In this document: positions 26,570 through 34,869 of the stretch, one piece after another | Numbering within the stretch: position 1 is the stretch's first letter | Layout of the letters: each line of letters opens with the position of its first letter | From: a virus | Taxonomy: Duplodnaviria; Heunggongvirae; Uroviricota; Caudoviricetes | Length of the DNA: 41,468 nt | Direction: 5' to 3' (one strand) | Virus record (IMG/VR): IMGVR_UViG_2541047699_000015 | Notes under the pieces: model-generated | The model's input: only the letters and a program-made list of their open reading frames with translations | What the model was told of the DNA's origin: nothing | Database searches by the model: none | Position numbers and translations under genes: made by a program

Positions 26570-26593
26570 GCCCGCCGATTCGCGGGCTTTTTT
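26570..26593 (+). terminator. Rho-independent terminator of moron
   Basis: Hairpin GCCCGC-CGATTC-GCGGGC followed by T6; overlaps stop codon of terminase large subunit on the other strand. Confidence 0.7.
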
Positions 26594-28067
26594 ATGCAAA
26601 AGGATCATAGTCTGTGATGGCTTTGCCTTGCTGGTTCTGCTGCCCAGGAATTCGCAGACGCTTCGACACAGGGAAAGCAAACGTCAGCAGTAGCGCATCG
26701 CCTTTACCCGGCGAACGCCCAAGCCGCTCCTTGATATCTTCCTTCGGTTCGATAACGATTTTACCGTCCACACGAACTTTGTACTCTGCTGCCGACAGGT
26801 CGTCCGCTGTTTCCTGGTCATCCAGCATGCCGCCGAGCCTCAGCCATGTCTTGCATGAGTTGAACATCTCCCCACGCTTGTTGAGCATCTGCGGGTCAGT
26901 AGACGCGCCACCGAACGGAACAAGTTGCCATGTACGACCCCAGCCGTCACCGATTGACTTCAAACCGGTTCCGTAACCGAAGTCGATGAACACCGCGTCA
27001 GCCTGATACTGGTCTTCAAAGTCAGCGATACGCTTCGCCATAATCAGATCGTCGGTAGTCTTGTTGCCAGTCCACAGCACCTTACTGTGTAGCCCCTGCC
27101 GCAGGTATATCACAGCGTCATCAACGCCGGAGTATGCCGGGTCAACGCCGATTATCACCGGAGCATGTGCAACCTGCGCAGCGGTTACCACCCGTTTCAT
27201 TGCCTCGTCAGTAAGACCGGTAGGGATAAACTGCAATTCAGATGCATCAGGGAATATGCCGCGCACACGGATTTTAACGAAGTCGCTATCTTCCCCGTAG
27301 TCATCAACCCATTTCTGCAACTGCTGTTTGTTAGTGCCTTCCACCGTCCGGCTGTCAATCTGCGCAGTTTTCCAGCGGTGTTTATATTTGCGGAAACATT
27401 CGCGGAAACGCCCGGTGTTACGTGTAGGGTTTCCGAACGCTACCCAGATAATCTCAGTGTCTTCGTCCGTAAGCGCACCCTCAGCAACTTCCCACACCAG
27501 ATCCGCAATGTTCGACGCTTCATCGAATACCACGATGATGCGTTTGCGCTCGTTGTGTAGTCCGGCGAACGCCTCAGTGTTGTGCTCAGACCAGGGGATT
27601 GCGTCAGCTCGCCACCGCTTGTCGTGCCCAGGGTCATTGCTGTACATCGCGGTAGCGGTACAGGTAAACCAGTCTTTCGTGATAGCAAGGTTTGACCACT
27701 TGATAATTTCCGGCCAGGTCTTCGTTCGTAGCTGGTTGTCGGTGTTGGCGGTCACCACGACCTTACAATCCTCGCAAGTGGACATGCCCCAGTTGATCAG
27801 CATTGAGATGAATGCGGATTTACCAATACCGTGACCAGAAGCACGTGCCAGCATAAGCGGCTGATATCGCGTCTCTGGATTCTGCAGGTGATCACGTATC
27901 TCTCGGAACGCATCAGCCTGCCACTGACGTGGGCCGGTGGCATGTGCCAGTTCAGTCCCCTCTTCCCCCCATGGGAACGCATAGAGGGCATAGCCAAGCG
28001 GATCGTGAGTGAACCCTGCAATATCCTCGATTAACTGCTCTTCAGGAGATAACGCTGTATCTGTCAC
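26592..28067 (-). CDS. Terminase large subunit
   Basis: 491 aa; Walker A-like ASGHGIGKSAF; acidic nuclease-type C-terminal half; overlaps small subunit gene by 4 nt. Confidence 0.8.
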   Translation of the reverse strand: MTDTALSPEEQLIEDIAGFTHDPLGYALYAFPWGEEGTELAHATGPRQWQADAFREIRDHLQNPETRYQPLMLARASGHGIGKSAFISMLINWGMSTCEDCKVVVTANTDNQLRTKTWPEIIKWSNLAITKDWFTCTATAMYSNDPGHDKRWRADAIPWSEHNTEAFAGLHNERKRIIVVFDEASNIADLVWEVAEGALTDEDTEIIWVAFGNPTRNTGRFRECFRKYKHRWKTAQIDSRTVEGTNKQQLQKWVDDYGEDSDFVKIRVRGIFPDASELQFIPTGLTDEAMKRVVTAAQVAHAPVIIGVDPAYSGVDDAVIYLRQGLHSKVLWTGNKTTDDLIMAKRIADFEDQYQADAVFIDFGYGTGLKSIGDGWGRTWQLVPFGGASTDPQMLNKRGEMFNSCKTWLRLGGMLDDQETADDLSAAEYKVRVDGKIVIEPKEDIKERLGRSPGKGDALLLTFAFPVSKRLRIPGQQNQQGKAITDYDPFA

Positions 28068-28663
28068 TGATTGCCATCCTGACGTTCTTTCAGTCTCTTC
28101 CTGGCTGCCGCTATGCGATCAGCAATTGTCACATTCACATTAACATCCAGGCGTTCTTTGAATGCGTTGACGTCGACGTGCTTACCAATCAGTTCGAGGT
28201 TCTTCACCTTGTCAGGCCATTTAATTTTTTTGAGGATGCCAACCAGCTCTTTCTCGTCTCCACGGCCTTCGAACATGTCGGCCAGTTCGAAACCTGTCAG
28301 GTACTGCCGCCAGACCTTAGGCCATTCCGAGACCGGCTTGATGCTCATATCGTCGTTGAGAATGTCAATCACGTCCATCTGGTCGATCTCCACCAGGCGC
28401 ATGAGAACGTAATCAGCACTGACGCGCATTCGTTTGTTGCGCTCCTCCATCAACTCGGCAATCCGTTTTTGAATGCGTTCATCGCGCATCATGACACTGG
28501 CTTTAACTGCCGCTGTATTTGGGGAGAATCCTGCGTTAATCGCTGCCTGAGTCTGGTTTTCAGGCGTTTTGATGTATGACTGGCAATAAGCCTCCTGCAT
28601 TGCTGTTAGTGGCTTAAATTGCGTTGATTTGCGTTTATAGGTTTTAGGTTCAGCAGGCATCAT
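28064..28663 (-). CDS. Terminase small subunit
   Basis: About 200 aa directly upstream of and overlapping large subunit; start at tandem ATG 28663/28660 (track start 28741 is TTG). Confidence 0.65.
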   Translation of the reverse strand: MMPAEPKTYKRKSTQFKPLTAMQEAYCQSYIKTPENQTQAAINAGFSPNTAAVKASVMMRDERIQKRIAELMEERNKRMRVSADYVLMRLVEIDQMDVIDILNDDMSIKPVSEWPKVWRQYLTGFELADMFEGRGDEKELVGILKKIKWPDKVKNLELIGKHVDVNAFKERLDVNVNVTIADRIAAARKRLKERQDGNQ

Positions 28664-28696
28664 AACCACCGTGGTAATAGTTACCGTTGTGGTAAT
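28662..28696. promoter_or_regulatory. Tandem operators at start of late (terminase) operon
   Basis: GTTACCGTTGTGGTAAT (28680-28696) and ATAACCACCGTGGTAAT (28662-28678), the latter overlapping the terS start codon. Confidence 0.55.
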
Positions 28697-28704
28697 AGTA
28701 CCAT

Positions 28705-28732
28705 GCAAAATAAAGCCGCCATAGTTGGCGGC
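28705..28732 (-). terminator. Terminator between early operon and terminase genes
   Basis: Minus-strand hairpin GCCGCC-AACTAT-GGCGGC followed by TTTATTTTG. Confidence 0.6.
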
Positions 28733-28773
28733 AGTATTCAAAACCCATCAAATTCATCATGCATAACCCACTC

Positions 28774-28785
28774 GTGACATGTCAC
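28774..28785. repeat. Palindrome GTGACATGTCAC, copy 3
   Basis: Perfect copy containing the TGA stop of gene 28782-29123, about 40 nt upstream of terminator 28705-28732. Confidence 0.8.
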
Positions 28786-29123
28786 AATATTAATTTCGTT
28801 TCATGCCAGCCTTTAGTCACCCAGCATTGCGAGTCACCATTACACGGGCATGAATTCACAGGAACTCTCTCGCCGCACTTACCGCAACGTTTTCTGCTGA
28901 TCGATTTTATACGCCCGTGCACGCGCGCATCATCCTGGCGGATCAGTAACGCTATATACTCACCAAATTCGTAAGGCGCACGCCCGGGGCGACGTGTGGC
29001 ACAGTTACGCTCCAGCATTTCAATTTCCTGAGCATCAAGCACAATTTCCAGCTTACGCACACCGGATTCAGCTTGTCTGGCTCTCTGAGCGGCTTTGCGC
29101 TCTGCTGCTGATTTAGCCATCAA
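28782..29123 (-). CDS. Small DNA-binding-like protein: basic RHH-like N-terminus plus C-terminal Cys cluster; candidate late regulator
   Basis: 113 aa; N-terminus AAERKAAQRARQAESGVRKLEIVLDAQE; C-terminal CGKCGERVPVNSCPCNG; last early gene before late operon. Confidence 0.45.
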   Translation of the reverse strand: MMAKSAAERKAAQRARQAESGVRKLEIVLDAQEIEMLERNCATRRPGRAPYEFGEYIALLIRQDDARVHGRIKSISRKRCGKCGERVPVNSCPCNGDSQCWVTKGWHETKLIL

Positions 29124-29394
29124 TATTCACCTTTATCGCGAACACCTTTACCGGTTTATCGCCGAAGTGGGGATGTGTGATTGTCTTTATTTCATATCCG
29201 TCATACGGAACATCAATTCTGCGGCTGGAATCGTCGCGCTTCGGATATCCCTTTGTGATAATCAGGCGGTCATACTTACGGTTAACGAGGCGCTTATTCC
29301 AATAGTCATTACACAGGCGATACTCTTCCGTTTTCTCTCCGCGAATCATGGCATCGAAGTATTCACCTTTGACGGCAAGTTGAAGGTTAGCCAC
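29113..29394 (-). CDS. ASCH/DUF3850-like small protein
   Basis: N-terminal LAVKGEYFDAMIRGEKTEEYR matches ASCH-like pattern as remembered. Confidence 0.45.
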   Translation of the reverse strand: MANLQLAVKGEYFDAMIRGEKTEEYRLCNDYWNKRLVNRKYDRLIITKGYPKRDDSSRRIDVPYDGYEIKTITHPHFGDKPVKVFAIKVNIDG

Positions 29395-30274
29395 GGTTAA
29401 CCTCCTGCGGCGGTTCTGGTAGCGGCATCCAGTACAAGGCGTTCCCTAACCACGATAAAGTGCCGTCGCTCAACTCCACGTATTCCCCTTGTACCTGTCC
29501 TGCCATATACTCGCCGTGCTTTGAATAAATTAAAATCCAATCATCTTGAGCGGGCATTTGCTCACTACAGCTTATCCAACCATCCGGAGTTACCGGATAG
29601 TTGCGCATTGCGACCTTTAATGCCTCATAGAAGCAACCTTTCAGATTGTTGAACTGACGCCCATTTAGCGGGACGTGTTCAGTCAGCATGTTGTGTAATT
29701 TCCATGCCGCGTCGTTTACTTCGTTGGATGACAGGGGAGGCAACTTGTAAGTTTGGCTTACAGGTTCGGCACCATGAAGCATGGCGTCGCTCCGCTCTAT
29801 GCCATCCAGCGCGATTCGCAGTGCCTGAATTGTGGTAATGCTATCGTTTGGGGCTATTCCATATCGCTCGAATACAGCGATATGACCGCGCATAATCTCA
29901 GGCGTAAGCTCTTTGTAAGCATAAGCAAGCGACCCTGATGCATCATCCGGCACAACCGACGCAGGCGCGGCAGCATAAACAGGAATAACGTCCGCTTGCT
30001 CTTTATTGCTTTCATCCGTTAAAGCCCAGAATAATTTCCCGGCCGGATGTTTGAAAATATAAGCAACTGGTTCTGCTTCCAGCGATGCCAGCACGATACG
30101 CGCCAGCTCACGCACAACTTCCGGCGGCGCGTAACGGTCATTCAGGTCATCCCACAGGCGTAGCATGTTATCGCTACCAGGGTGAACATCCTCGTTAGTT
30201 CCGGCCAGCGCACTAATAACCTCATCGGCTGCTTCAATAATTTTCTGTGCCTGTTCTCTGGTAATAGTGGTCAT
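29387..30274 (-). CDS. Hypothetical protein with C-terminal DUF551-like domain
   Basis: C-terminus WISCSEQMPAQDDWILIY...LYWMPLPEPP resembles DUF551 signature as remembered. Confidence 0.5.
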   Translation of the reverse strand: MTTITREQAQKIIEAADEVISALAGTNEDVHPGSDNMLRLWDDLNDRYAPPEVVRELARIVLASLEAEPVAYIFKHPAGKLFWALTDESNKEQADVIPVYAAAPASVVPDDASGSLAYAYKELTPEIMRGHIAVFERYGIAPNDSITTIQALRIALDGIERSDAMLHGAEPVSQTYKLPPLSSNEVNDAAWKLHNMLTEHVPLNGRQFNNLKGCFYEALKVAMRNYPVTPDGWISCSEQMPAQDDWILIYSKHGEYMAGQVQGEYVELSDGTLSWLGNALYWMPLPEPPQEVNRG

Positions 30275-30284
30275 TTGTTATGCC

Positions 30285-30482
30285 TCAATACACGAAATCT
30301 GTTTTAAATTCATGGTTACATTCTGGACAGCATGTTTCGTAACCTTTTATTTCTTCACATGCCTGTTTAGCTCCAGAAAACTCCCAGAAATCAGCATCAC
30401 AAAGCAGATCGAAATTGTGACCGCATTTTGGGCATTCGGTATCAAGTGACAGATTCCAGTAAGCAGTGGTGTTTTTATCCAT
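30285..30482 (-). CDS. Small zinc-ribbon protein
   Basis: Start at ATG 30482 with SD AAGGAGA; two CxxC pairs (CPKC ... CPEC); track ORF start at 30644 would overlap upstream gene by 160 nt. Confidence 0.5.
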   Translation of the reverse strand: MDKNTTAYWNLSLDTECPKCGHNFDLLCDADFWEFSGAKQACEEIKGYETCCPECNHEFKTDFVY

Positions 30483-30483
30483 A

Positions 30484-31113
30484 TCAGTCTCCTTTGATGC
30501 GAATGCCAGCGGCGCGCTCGGCTTTACTTTGTTCCCAAAACCACTTGTGAAGCTCCATAAGCTTTTCGTCAATCGGTGCATATTTGCGATTAAAGTAGGC
30601 CTGAGCATCTTTCTCAGATTCGTCCGGCAATTCGCCTGGGCCAAACAGTGTGTTATAAATCCATGCCAGTCCGCTCTTAGCGTCGCCAGTTGCCTGCCAT
30701 TCGATAATCGCAGCCTGCATGACCAGAATGTTTTTCCCGATTAACAGGTCCAGTTCTTTGTACCGGTTGCGGATGTATGCATTCTCGCTTTGTAATTTTG
30801 CGTTGCGCTTCTCTGCGGCTTCCAGCTCAACACGCAGCTTCCCTACCGTTAGCGCAATATCCTCGTTCTCCTGGTCACGGCGTTTGATGTATTGCTGGTT
30901 TCTTTCCAGTTCATCCAGTAATGCCAAAGCAACCTTTGGATTAAAGGCAGCAATAAATTCAGCGTTGTTTTTCAGAACGTGTTGCGCAATGGCCTGACCA
31001 CTTAGTCGGACCTTATAACCACGTGCGCCACGGTGTGGTTTATATGAGTCCCAGTCTCCCCACGTTGCTTTTTCTGCCTTTTCACGCAGTGCCTGATAGT
31101 TAATCTCGCTCAC
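30484..31113 (-). CDS. Ead/Ea22-like protein
   Basis: N-terminus YQALREKAEKATWGDWD and coiled-coil region resemble Ead/Ea22-like prophage proteins as remembered. Confidence 0.5.
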   Translation of the reverse strand: MSEINYQALREKAEKATWGDWDSYKPHRGARGYKVRLSGQAIAQHVLKNNAEFIAAFNPKVALALLDELERNQQYIKRRDQENEDIALTVGKLRVELEAAEKRNAKLQSENAYIRNRYKELDLLIGKNILVMQAAIIEWQATGDAKSGLAWIYNTLFGPGELPDESEKDAQAYFNRKYAPIDEKLMELHKWFWEQSKAERAAGIRIKGD

Positions 31114-31334
31114 TCTTCATCCTCCAAGTCGGCAACGGCGTCCATCACATCAGAACCGCGAATAACCTCAAAAGCACGGCAGGCCATTTGAAATACCAGT
31201 TGCTCTTGCGGGTGAGGAGACTCCCAATATTTGAAGCCTGGGCGATGCGTGTACCCCATCATTGAATAAAAATCACCAGCAAGCTTAATCGCGGCATCGA
31301 CAAGCTCTCTGTTAGTCATTCTTTTTCCGCTCAC
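31110..31334 (-). CDS. Hypothetical early protein
   Basis: 74 aa ORF with 4-nt overlap in early operon. Confidence 0.45.
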   Translation of the reverse strand: MSGKRMTNRELVDAAIKLAGDFYSMMGYTHRPGFKYWESPHPQEQLVFQMACRAFEVIRGSDVMDAVADLEDEE

Positions 31335-31768
31335 TGGTTGCCTCCTTTGCGAAGCTGGGCGGCTAACTCATCACATATGTGCGTCAAAGAACAAAGTTTG
31401 ATTGATGGATGTTCGCGCATCATCTCTACCCCCTGCGCCCGCACTTCAGACAGGAAAGCATCGGTGTCTGGCATATTTCCTGTTGCCTTCATTGCCTCCA
31501 AAATAACCAGAACGCCATCTCGCCCAATCTCCTCGCAGATAACCTCGGTGCTGTCGCCAACAACATCGCAAAATGCCTGAACTGCTTTACGAGCCAGCGC
31601 ATTCTCCGCAGCCAGCGCATTAGCACGCACCAGTTGCACTTCCAGCTGCGTTGCCAAATCGCTGATCAGCTTTGCCACACTGCGCATATCAACGGCACCA
31701 CATTCTGCTTTCAGTTCCGAAGCCATCTCATGCCCGGCGGAAACTAACCCTTTGATATTACTTTCCAT
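31331..31768 (-). CDS. Hypothetical early protein
   Basis: 145 aa ORF in early operon; no family recognised. Confidence 0.5.
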   Translation of the reverse strand: MESNIKGLVSAGHEMASELKAECGAVDMRSVAKLISDLATQLEVQLVRANALAAENALARKAVQAFCDVVGDSTEVICEEIGRDGVLVILEAMKATGNMPDTDAFLSEVRAQGVEMMREHPSIKLCSLTHICDELAAQLRKGGNQ

Positions 31769-31818
31769 CTTTACCCTCGCTTATCCACATAACTTATTGA
31801 TTACATTGATAACTAAAA

Positions 31819-31847
31819 AGATCGTCGATTCATGCCGATCTATTTTT
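31819..31847. terminator. Hairpin terminator overlapping HNH gene stop
   Basis: AGATCG-loop-CGATCT flanked by A5 and T5 runs. Confidence 0.45.
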
Positions 31848-32438
31848 CATCAGTGATTCATAAAACTTTTGCCACTTATGCCGACCGAAATTAGCCTTCG
31901 AGTTACAGCTCGAACAAAGGCAAATAAGGTTCTCCTGACGACAATCTTGCTTGTCGTAATTGATGTGATGAGTTGTTAGCCTTTTGTCTGTTCCATCACA
32001 ACCTGGGTTCTGACAAGTAAAACCATCTCGCTCAATAACCCTCTTGCTCGTTTCTCGGAAATCCCACGGATACGGCAATCTCGATAATCCACCAGACCAG
32101 TTTGGATTTCCTTCCCCCTTCATCAGAGAAGAACGCATTATGTTGGAACACTGTTTCGAGCAGCATTTATGACGCTTCTCATGACTCAAGAAAACGGAGA
32201 ACGAAGATCCGCATACGCAGCATATTTTTAATACTCGCTTTAGTTCCCGATTTACCGTCTTGCCTCGCTGTGAAATTCCTACACACTGAAGTGAGCAGAA
32301 CCTTGAAGATGAGTTGGCTCGCTTAACCTGATATTGCCTGCCACATACGGAGCAAACCTTTTCGATTTTCCCACCCTTCCAATTCGGGTTTTTATCACCG
32401 GATACAATCAATCCCGCAGCATTGGGCTTCTCGCTCAT
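31830..32438 (-). CDS. HNH endonuclease with multiple Cys zinc-binding motifs
   Basis: CxxC pairs and HHINYDKQDCRQENLICLCSSCNSK (HNH motif). Confidence 0.75.
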   Translation of the reverse strand: MSEKPNAAGLIVSGDKNPNWKGGKIEKVCSVCGRQYQVKRANSSSRFCSLQCVGISQRGKTVNRELKRVLKICCVCGSSFSVFLSHEKRHKCCSKQCSNIMRSSLMKGEGNPNWSGGLSRLPYPWDFRETSKRVIERDGFTCQNPGCDGTDKRLTTHHINYDKQDCRQENLICLCSSCNSKANFGRHKWQKFYESLMKNRSA

Positions 32439-32788
32439 AGTTCCTCAACCTCCCATCCACCACCGAGCTTTTTAGGTTTTGGATAAGCAACCTGAAAGAC
32501 AAACGGATAGCTGTCTGCCGCAACCTTCATCTTGACTCTCGCATCGTCAGTAAAGACTGACTTACTTCCCTTAACGTCCACCATCACCAACTGCCCGTCA
32601 GCCAACATCACGGCAAAATCTACAGTCAGGAAGCAGTTGTCAGCTAACCGCAGCTTGATACCCTCAAATCGATACCAGGCGATTTCCCCTGCACGTTTAC
32701 GAAGCTCAAGGTGCTGGCAATACGCAGATTCTGTTTTGTTCATCTGGCCTGTTTTGAGTCGACCAAGAGCCTGTATCTGTTTTCTCAT
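32435..32788 (-). CDS. DUF1064-like protein (putative PD-(D/E)xK-type nuclease)
   Basis: MNKTESAYCQHLELRKRAGEI...VDVKG...DDARVKMKVAADSYPF pattern matches DUF1064 as remembered; operator overlaps its RBS. Confidence 0.55.
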   Translation of the reverse strand: MRKQIQALGRLKTGQMNKTESAYCQHLELRKRAGEIAWYRFEGIKLRLADNCFLTVDFAVMLADGQLVMVDVKGSKSVFTDDARVKMKVAADSYPFVFQVAYPKPKKLGGGWEVEEL

Positions 32789-32790
32789 GA

Positions 32791-32869
32791 TTTACCCCTG
32801 AGGTAATTAAAAACCACATAAGACACGAAATCAATAGATTTTAGAATATTTTATTACCTAACAGGTAAT
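32791..32869. promoter_or_regulatory. Two operators downstream of replication genes
   Basis: TTTACCCCTGAGGTAAT (32791-32807) and ATTACCTAACAGGTAAT (32853-32869), between terminator after P-like gene and DUF1064 gene. Confidence 0.6.
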
Positions 32870-32880
32870 TGTCGAGGCGT

Positions 32881-32900
32881 AAAAAAATGCGCTATCGCGC
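32881..32900 (-). terminator. Terminator after replication genes
   Basis: Minus-strand hairpin GCGC-GATA-GCGC followed by ATTTTTTT. Confidence 0.5.
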
Positions 32901-32905
32901 TGGTA

Positions 32906-33691
32906 TTACTTGATAAATCCTGCCGCCTTTCCCCGCCTGTATTCCTCCATCAGCCACTGCGCCGGTGTTATTCCCCCCAGGGTAGCGGCGTTAGGCATAC
33001 ACCCGAAACTTCGCCCTGGTGGATGGTAAACGTCTCTCCCTGTGTCCGGAGGCGTACTCATGGGTTCTGGCTTTGCCTGTATGCTGATCACCGGATCGGG
33101 TATCTGCTGTCCGGAAGCCACCTTTTTCGCCCAATCATCAAGCAGCCTGCGCGCGTGTTTCTCAACCTCAATCTCGCTAAGCTGGCGCTGATACATTGCA
33201 CGGCGGGTATCACATACGACCCAGTACATAACCGGATGCCGCCACGGGAATCTTTCGGGACCACCAGGATATAAACTTTTTTCCTTGCTGTACCGGTGAA
33301 ACTCCGCCATCACATCGTCAATGGTGACGCCAAGAACCATCTTGCTGTCTTTGCACCACTTGATAAATTGCCCTGGAGACGGCCAGAACGGAGATTCACT
33401 GGCGCGGGCGTGGCGCATACCAGCAGAAACCTGTTCACGGGTTCGGATCCCCCCTTCGGCAAACGCAGCAATCCACTGCTGTTTTGCAGCAACTTCCTGC
33501 TCTGGCGTCTTCAGGTTGGTTACCACTGCCGCCGGAAACAGTTGTTTCAGCTGTTTAAAAAGGGCATCAACAAGCCTCTCTGCTGACATGTTCACCACAT
33601 TGTCATTGTTGACGTACTGATGCTCATAACCTGACATGCGAGAAAGGGCTTCTCCGTCACGGTTTTGTATCGCGGTAAAAACGTTGTTCAC
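32906..33691 (-). CDS. Replication protein P-like (helicase loader)
   Basis: Segment QQWIAAFAEGGIRTREQVSAGMRHARASESPFWPSPGQFIKWCK closely resembles lambda P (RRQWVLAFRENGITTMEQVNAGMRVARRQNRPFLPSPGQFVAWCR) from memory; probable GTG start 33691 with SD GGAGGA, overlapping O-like stop. Confidence 0.75.
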   Translation of the reverse strand: MNNVFTAIQNRDGEALSRMSGYEHQYVNNDNVVNMSAERLVDALFKQLKQLFPAAVVTNLKTPEQEVAAKQQWIAAFAEGGIRTREQVSAGMRHARASESPFWPSPGQFIKWCKDSKMVLGVTIDDVMAEFHRYSKEKSLYPGGPERFPWRHPVMYWVVCDTRRAMYQRQLSEIEVEKHARRLLDDWAKKVASGQQIPDPVISIQAKPEPMSTPPDTGRDVYHPPGRSFGCMPNAATLGGITPAQWLMEEYRRGKAAGFIK

Positions 33692-34503
33692 AAGAAATCC
33701 TCCCATGCTTCAGGGCTGTTCCAGTGCGGAACGTTGTTATCAGGTAATGTTGATTGCTTCTGTCTGCTAATCTGCAGCCGCCTTGCCAGCTTCTGCTCCC
33801 ACTGTGCCTGATGGTATGCCTTACCCTCAGCCATCCAGTAAATTCTGAACTCTGCAAGTTCCTGTGCCGTTGGCAGACTGTCCAGGTAGATCCCCTGCAA
33901 TGAGCTTTTCCGAAGAAAGTCATCTGATGGCTGCCATTGTTCATGCATGACAAATTTGCCTAATTGCCCTGGCCCACCAGGAGGAACAAAGTTATTCATC
34001 ACGGCGTTGTTTGCTCCGGGGTCATGAGGCACAGAATCCCCGCTTTTTGTCCTGCTCTCCCTCTCTTGGTTAAATGACTGGTTATATGACTGGTTCTGGA
34101 TCCCGTTTTTGGGATCATTCAACATCCCGTTTTTGGGATCATTCAACATCCCGTTTTTGGGTATATTCCCGTTTTCGGGTATATTCCCGTTTTCGGGTTC
34201 ATTGCCCCCCTCCCGGTTGCCTTTAATGTTCCCGTTTTTGGTTATATTAAGAGAGAAAACCCGCACTCTTTTTGTCGCTCCCTTTCTCTCTCCGGTATCT
34301 GAAATAATCCCCATTTTCATGAGCGATATAAGCCCGGCCTGCACGGTTTTTTTATTCAGGCAAGTGTCTTTAACGAGGCGTTCTATGCTGGGGTAGCAGA
34401 GGTTATATTCATCAGCTCTGTCAGCCATCGAGAGCAGTATGAGCTTTAATGATGAGCTACCTGGATCTGTCTCCCAAGCCCAATCTGTTGCATGTCTGCT
34501 CAT
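33688..34503 (-). CDS. Replication initiator (lambda O-like) with internal iterons
   Basis: N-terminal winged-helix-like domain, central repeat NGNIPENGNIPKNGMLNDPKNGMLNDPKNG encoded by DNA iterons, C-terminal domain; SD GGAG before ATG 34503. Confidence 0.7.
   Translation of the reverse strand: MSRHATDWAWETDPGSSSLKLILLSMADRADEYNLCYPSIERLVKDTCLNKKTVQAGLISLMKMGIISDTGERKGATKRVRVFSLNITKNGNIKGNREGGNEPENGNIPENGNIPKNGMLNDPKNGMLNDPKNGIQNQSYNQSFNQERESRTKSGDSVPHDPGANNAVMNNFVPPGGPGQLGKFVMHEQWQPSDDFLRKSSLQGIYLDSLPTAQELAEFRIYWMAEGKAYHQAQWEQKLARRLQISRQKQSTLPDNNVPHWNSPEAWEDFL
34101..34247. repeat. Origin iterons (six direct repeats, core TCCCGTTTT(T/C)GGG) inside O-like gene
   Basis: Copies start at 34101, 34125, 34149, 34167, 34185, 34230; first two are identical 24-mers. 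Confidence 0.8.
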
Positions 34504-34518
34504 GATTAATCTCCGCTA

Positions 34519-34719
34519 TCAGCTTGAATGTTGTGGGGAGGAATTAATCATGATCTGCTTAATCTCTGCCCTGATGCGACGGTTTGACTCCATGGTGCAC
34601 TCAACACAGTGTCCGTTGTAAACCCAGCGTTCACTGTCATGTCCGTGCTTACATGGTTTTCCGGTGTAGTAGCGTTTAAGTCCGCGCTTTGCGGCATCAA
34701 TACGTGTAATGATTTCCAT
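34519..34719 (-). CDS. Small Cys/His-cluster regulatory protein in CII-like position
   Basis: Start ATG 34719 (MEIITR...); motif GKPCKHGHDSERWVYNGHCVEC; between cro-like and O-like genes. Confidence 0.5.
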   Translation of the reverse strand: MEIITRIDAAKRGLKRYYTGKPCKHGHDSERWVYNGHCVECTMESNRRIRAEIKQIMINSSPQHSS

Positions 34720-34798
34720 GGTAAGCCCTGTTATTAGTATTGGGATTACGGTTATTTTGTGCTGACACAAAAAAAAGATCAACCAGATTTGGTTTTTT

Positions 34799-34815
34799 AT
34801 TACCTTTGAGGTACG
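34799..34815. promoter_or_regulatory. Operator ATTACCTTTGAGGTACG downstream of cro terminator
   Basis: One perfect half-site and one 4/5 half-site. Confidence 0.5.
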
Positions 34816-34824
34816 AATAGATAT

Positions 34825-34847
34825 GAAAAGACCGCCGGATGGCGGTC
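34825..34847 (-). terminator. Weak terminator after cro-like gene
   Basis: Minus-strand hairpin GACCGCC-ATCC-GGCGGTC followed by TTTTC. Confidence 0.45.
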
Positions 34848-34869
34848 TACAGAGGGTTGTTGCCAGATA

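Noticed and set aside
28664-28741. N-terminal extension of terminase small subunit from TTG at 28741
   Set aside because: Non-ATG start without SD; the region holds the tandem operators and direct repeats; tandem ATG at 28663 is more plausible
34101-34247. Direct repeats as a CRISPR array
   Set aside because: Repeats are 18-24 bp with no spacers, lie inside a coding sequence and encode a peptide repeat; no cas genes; they are replication iterons
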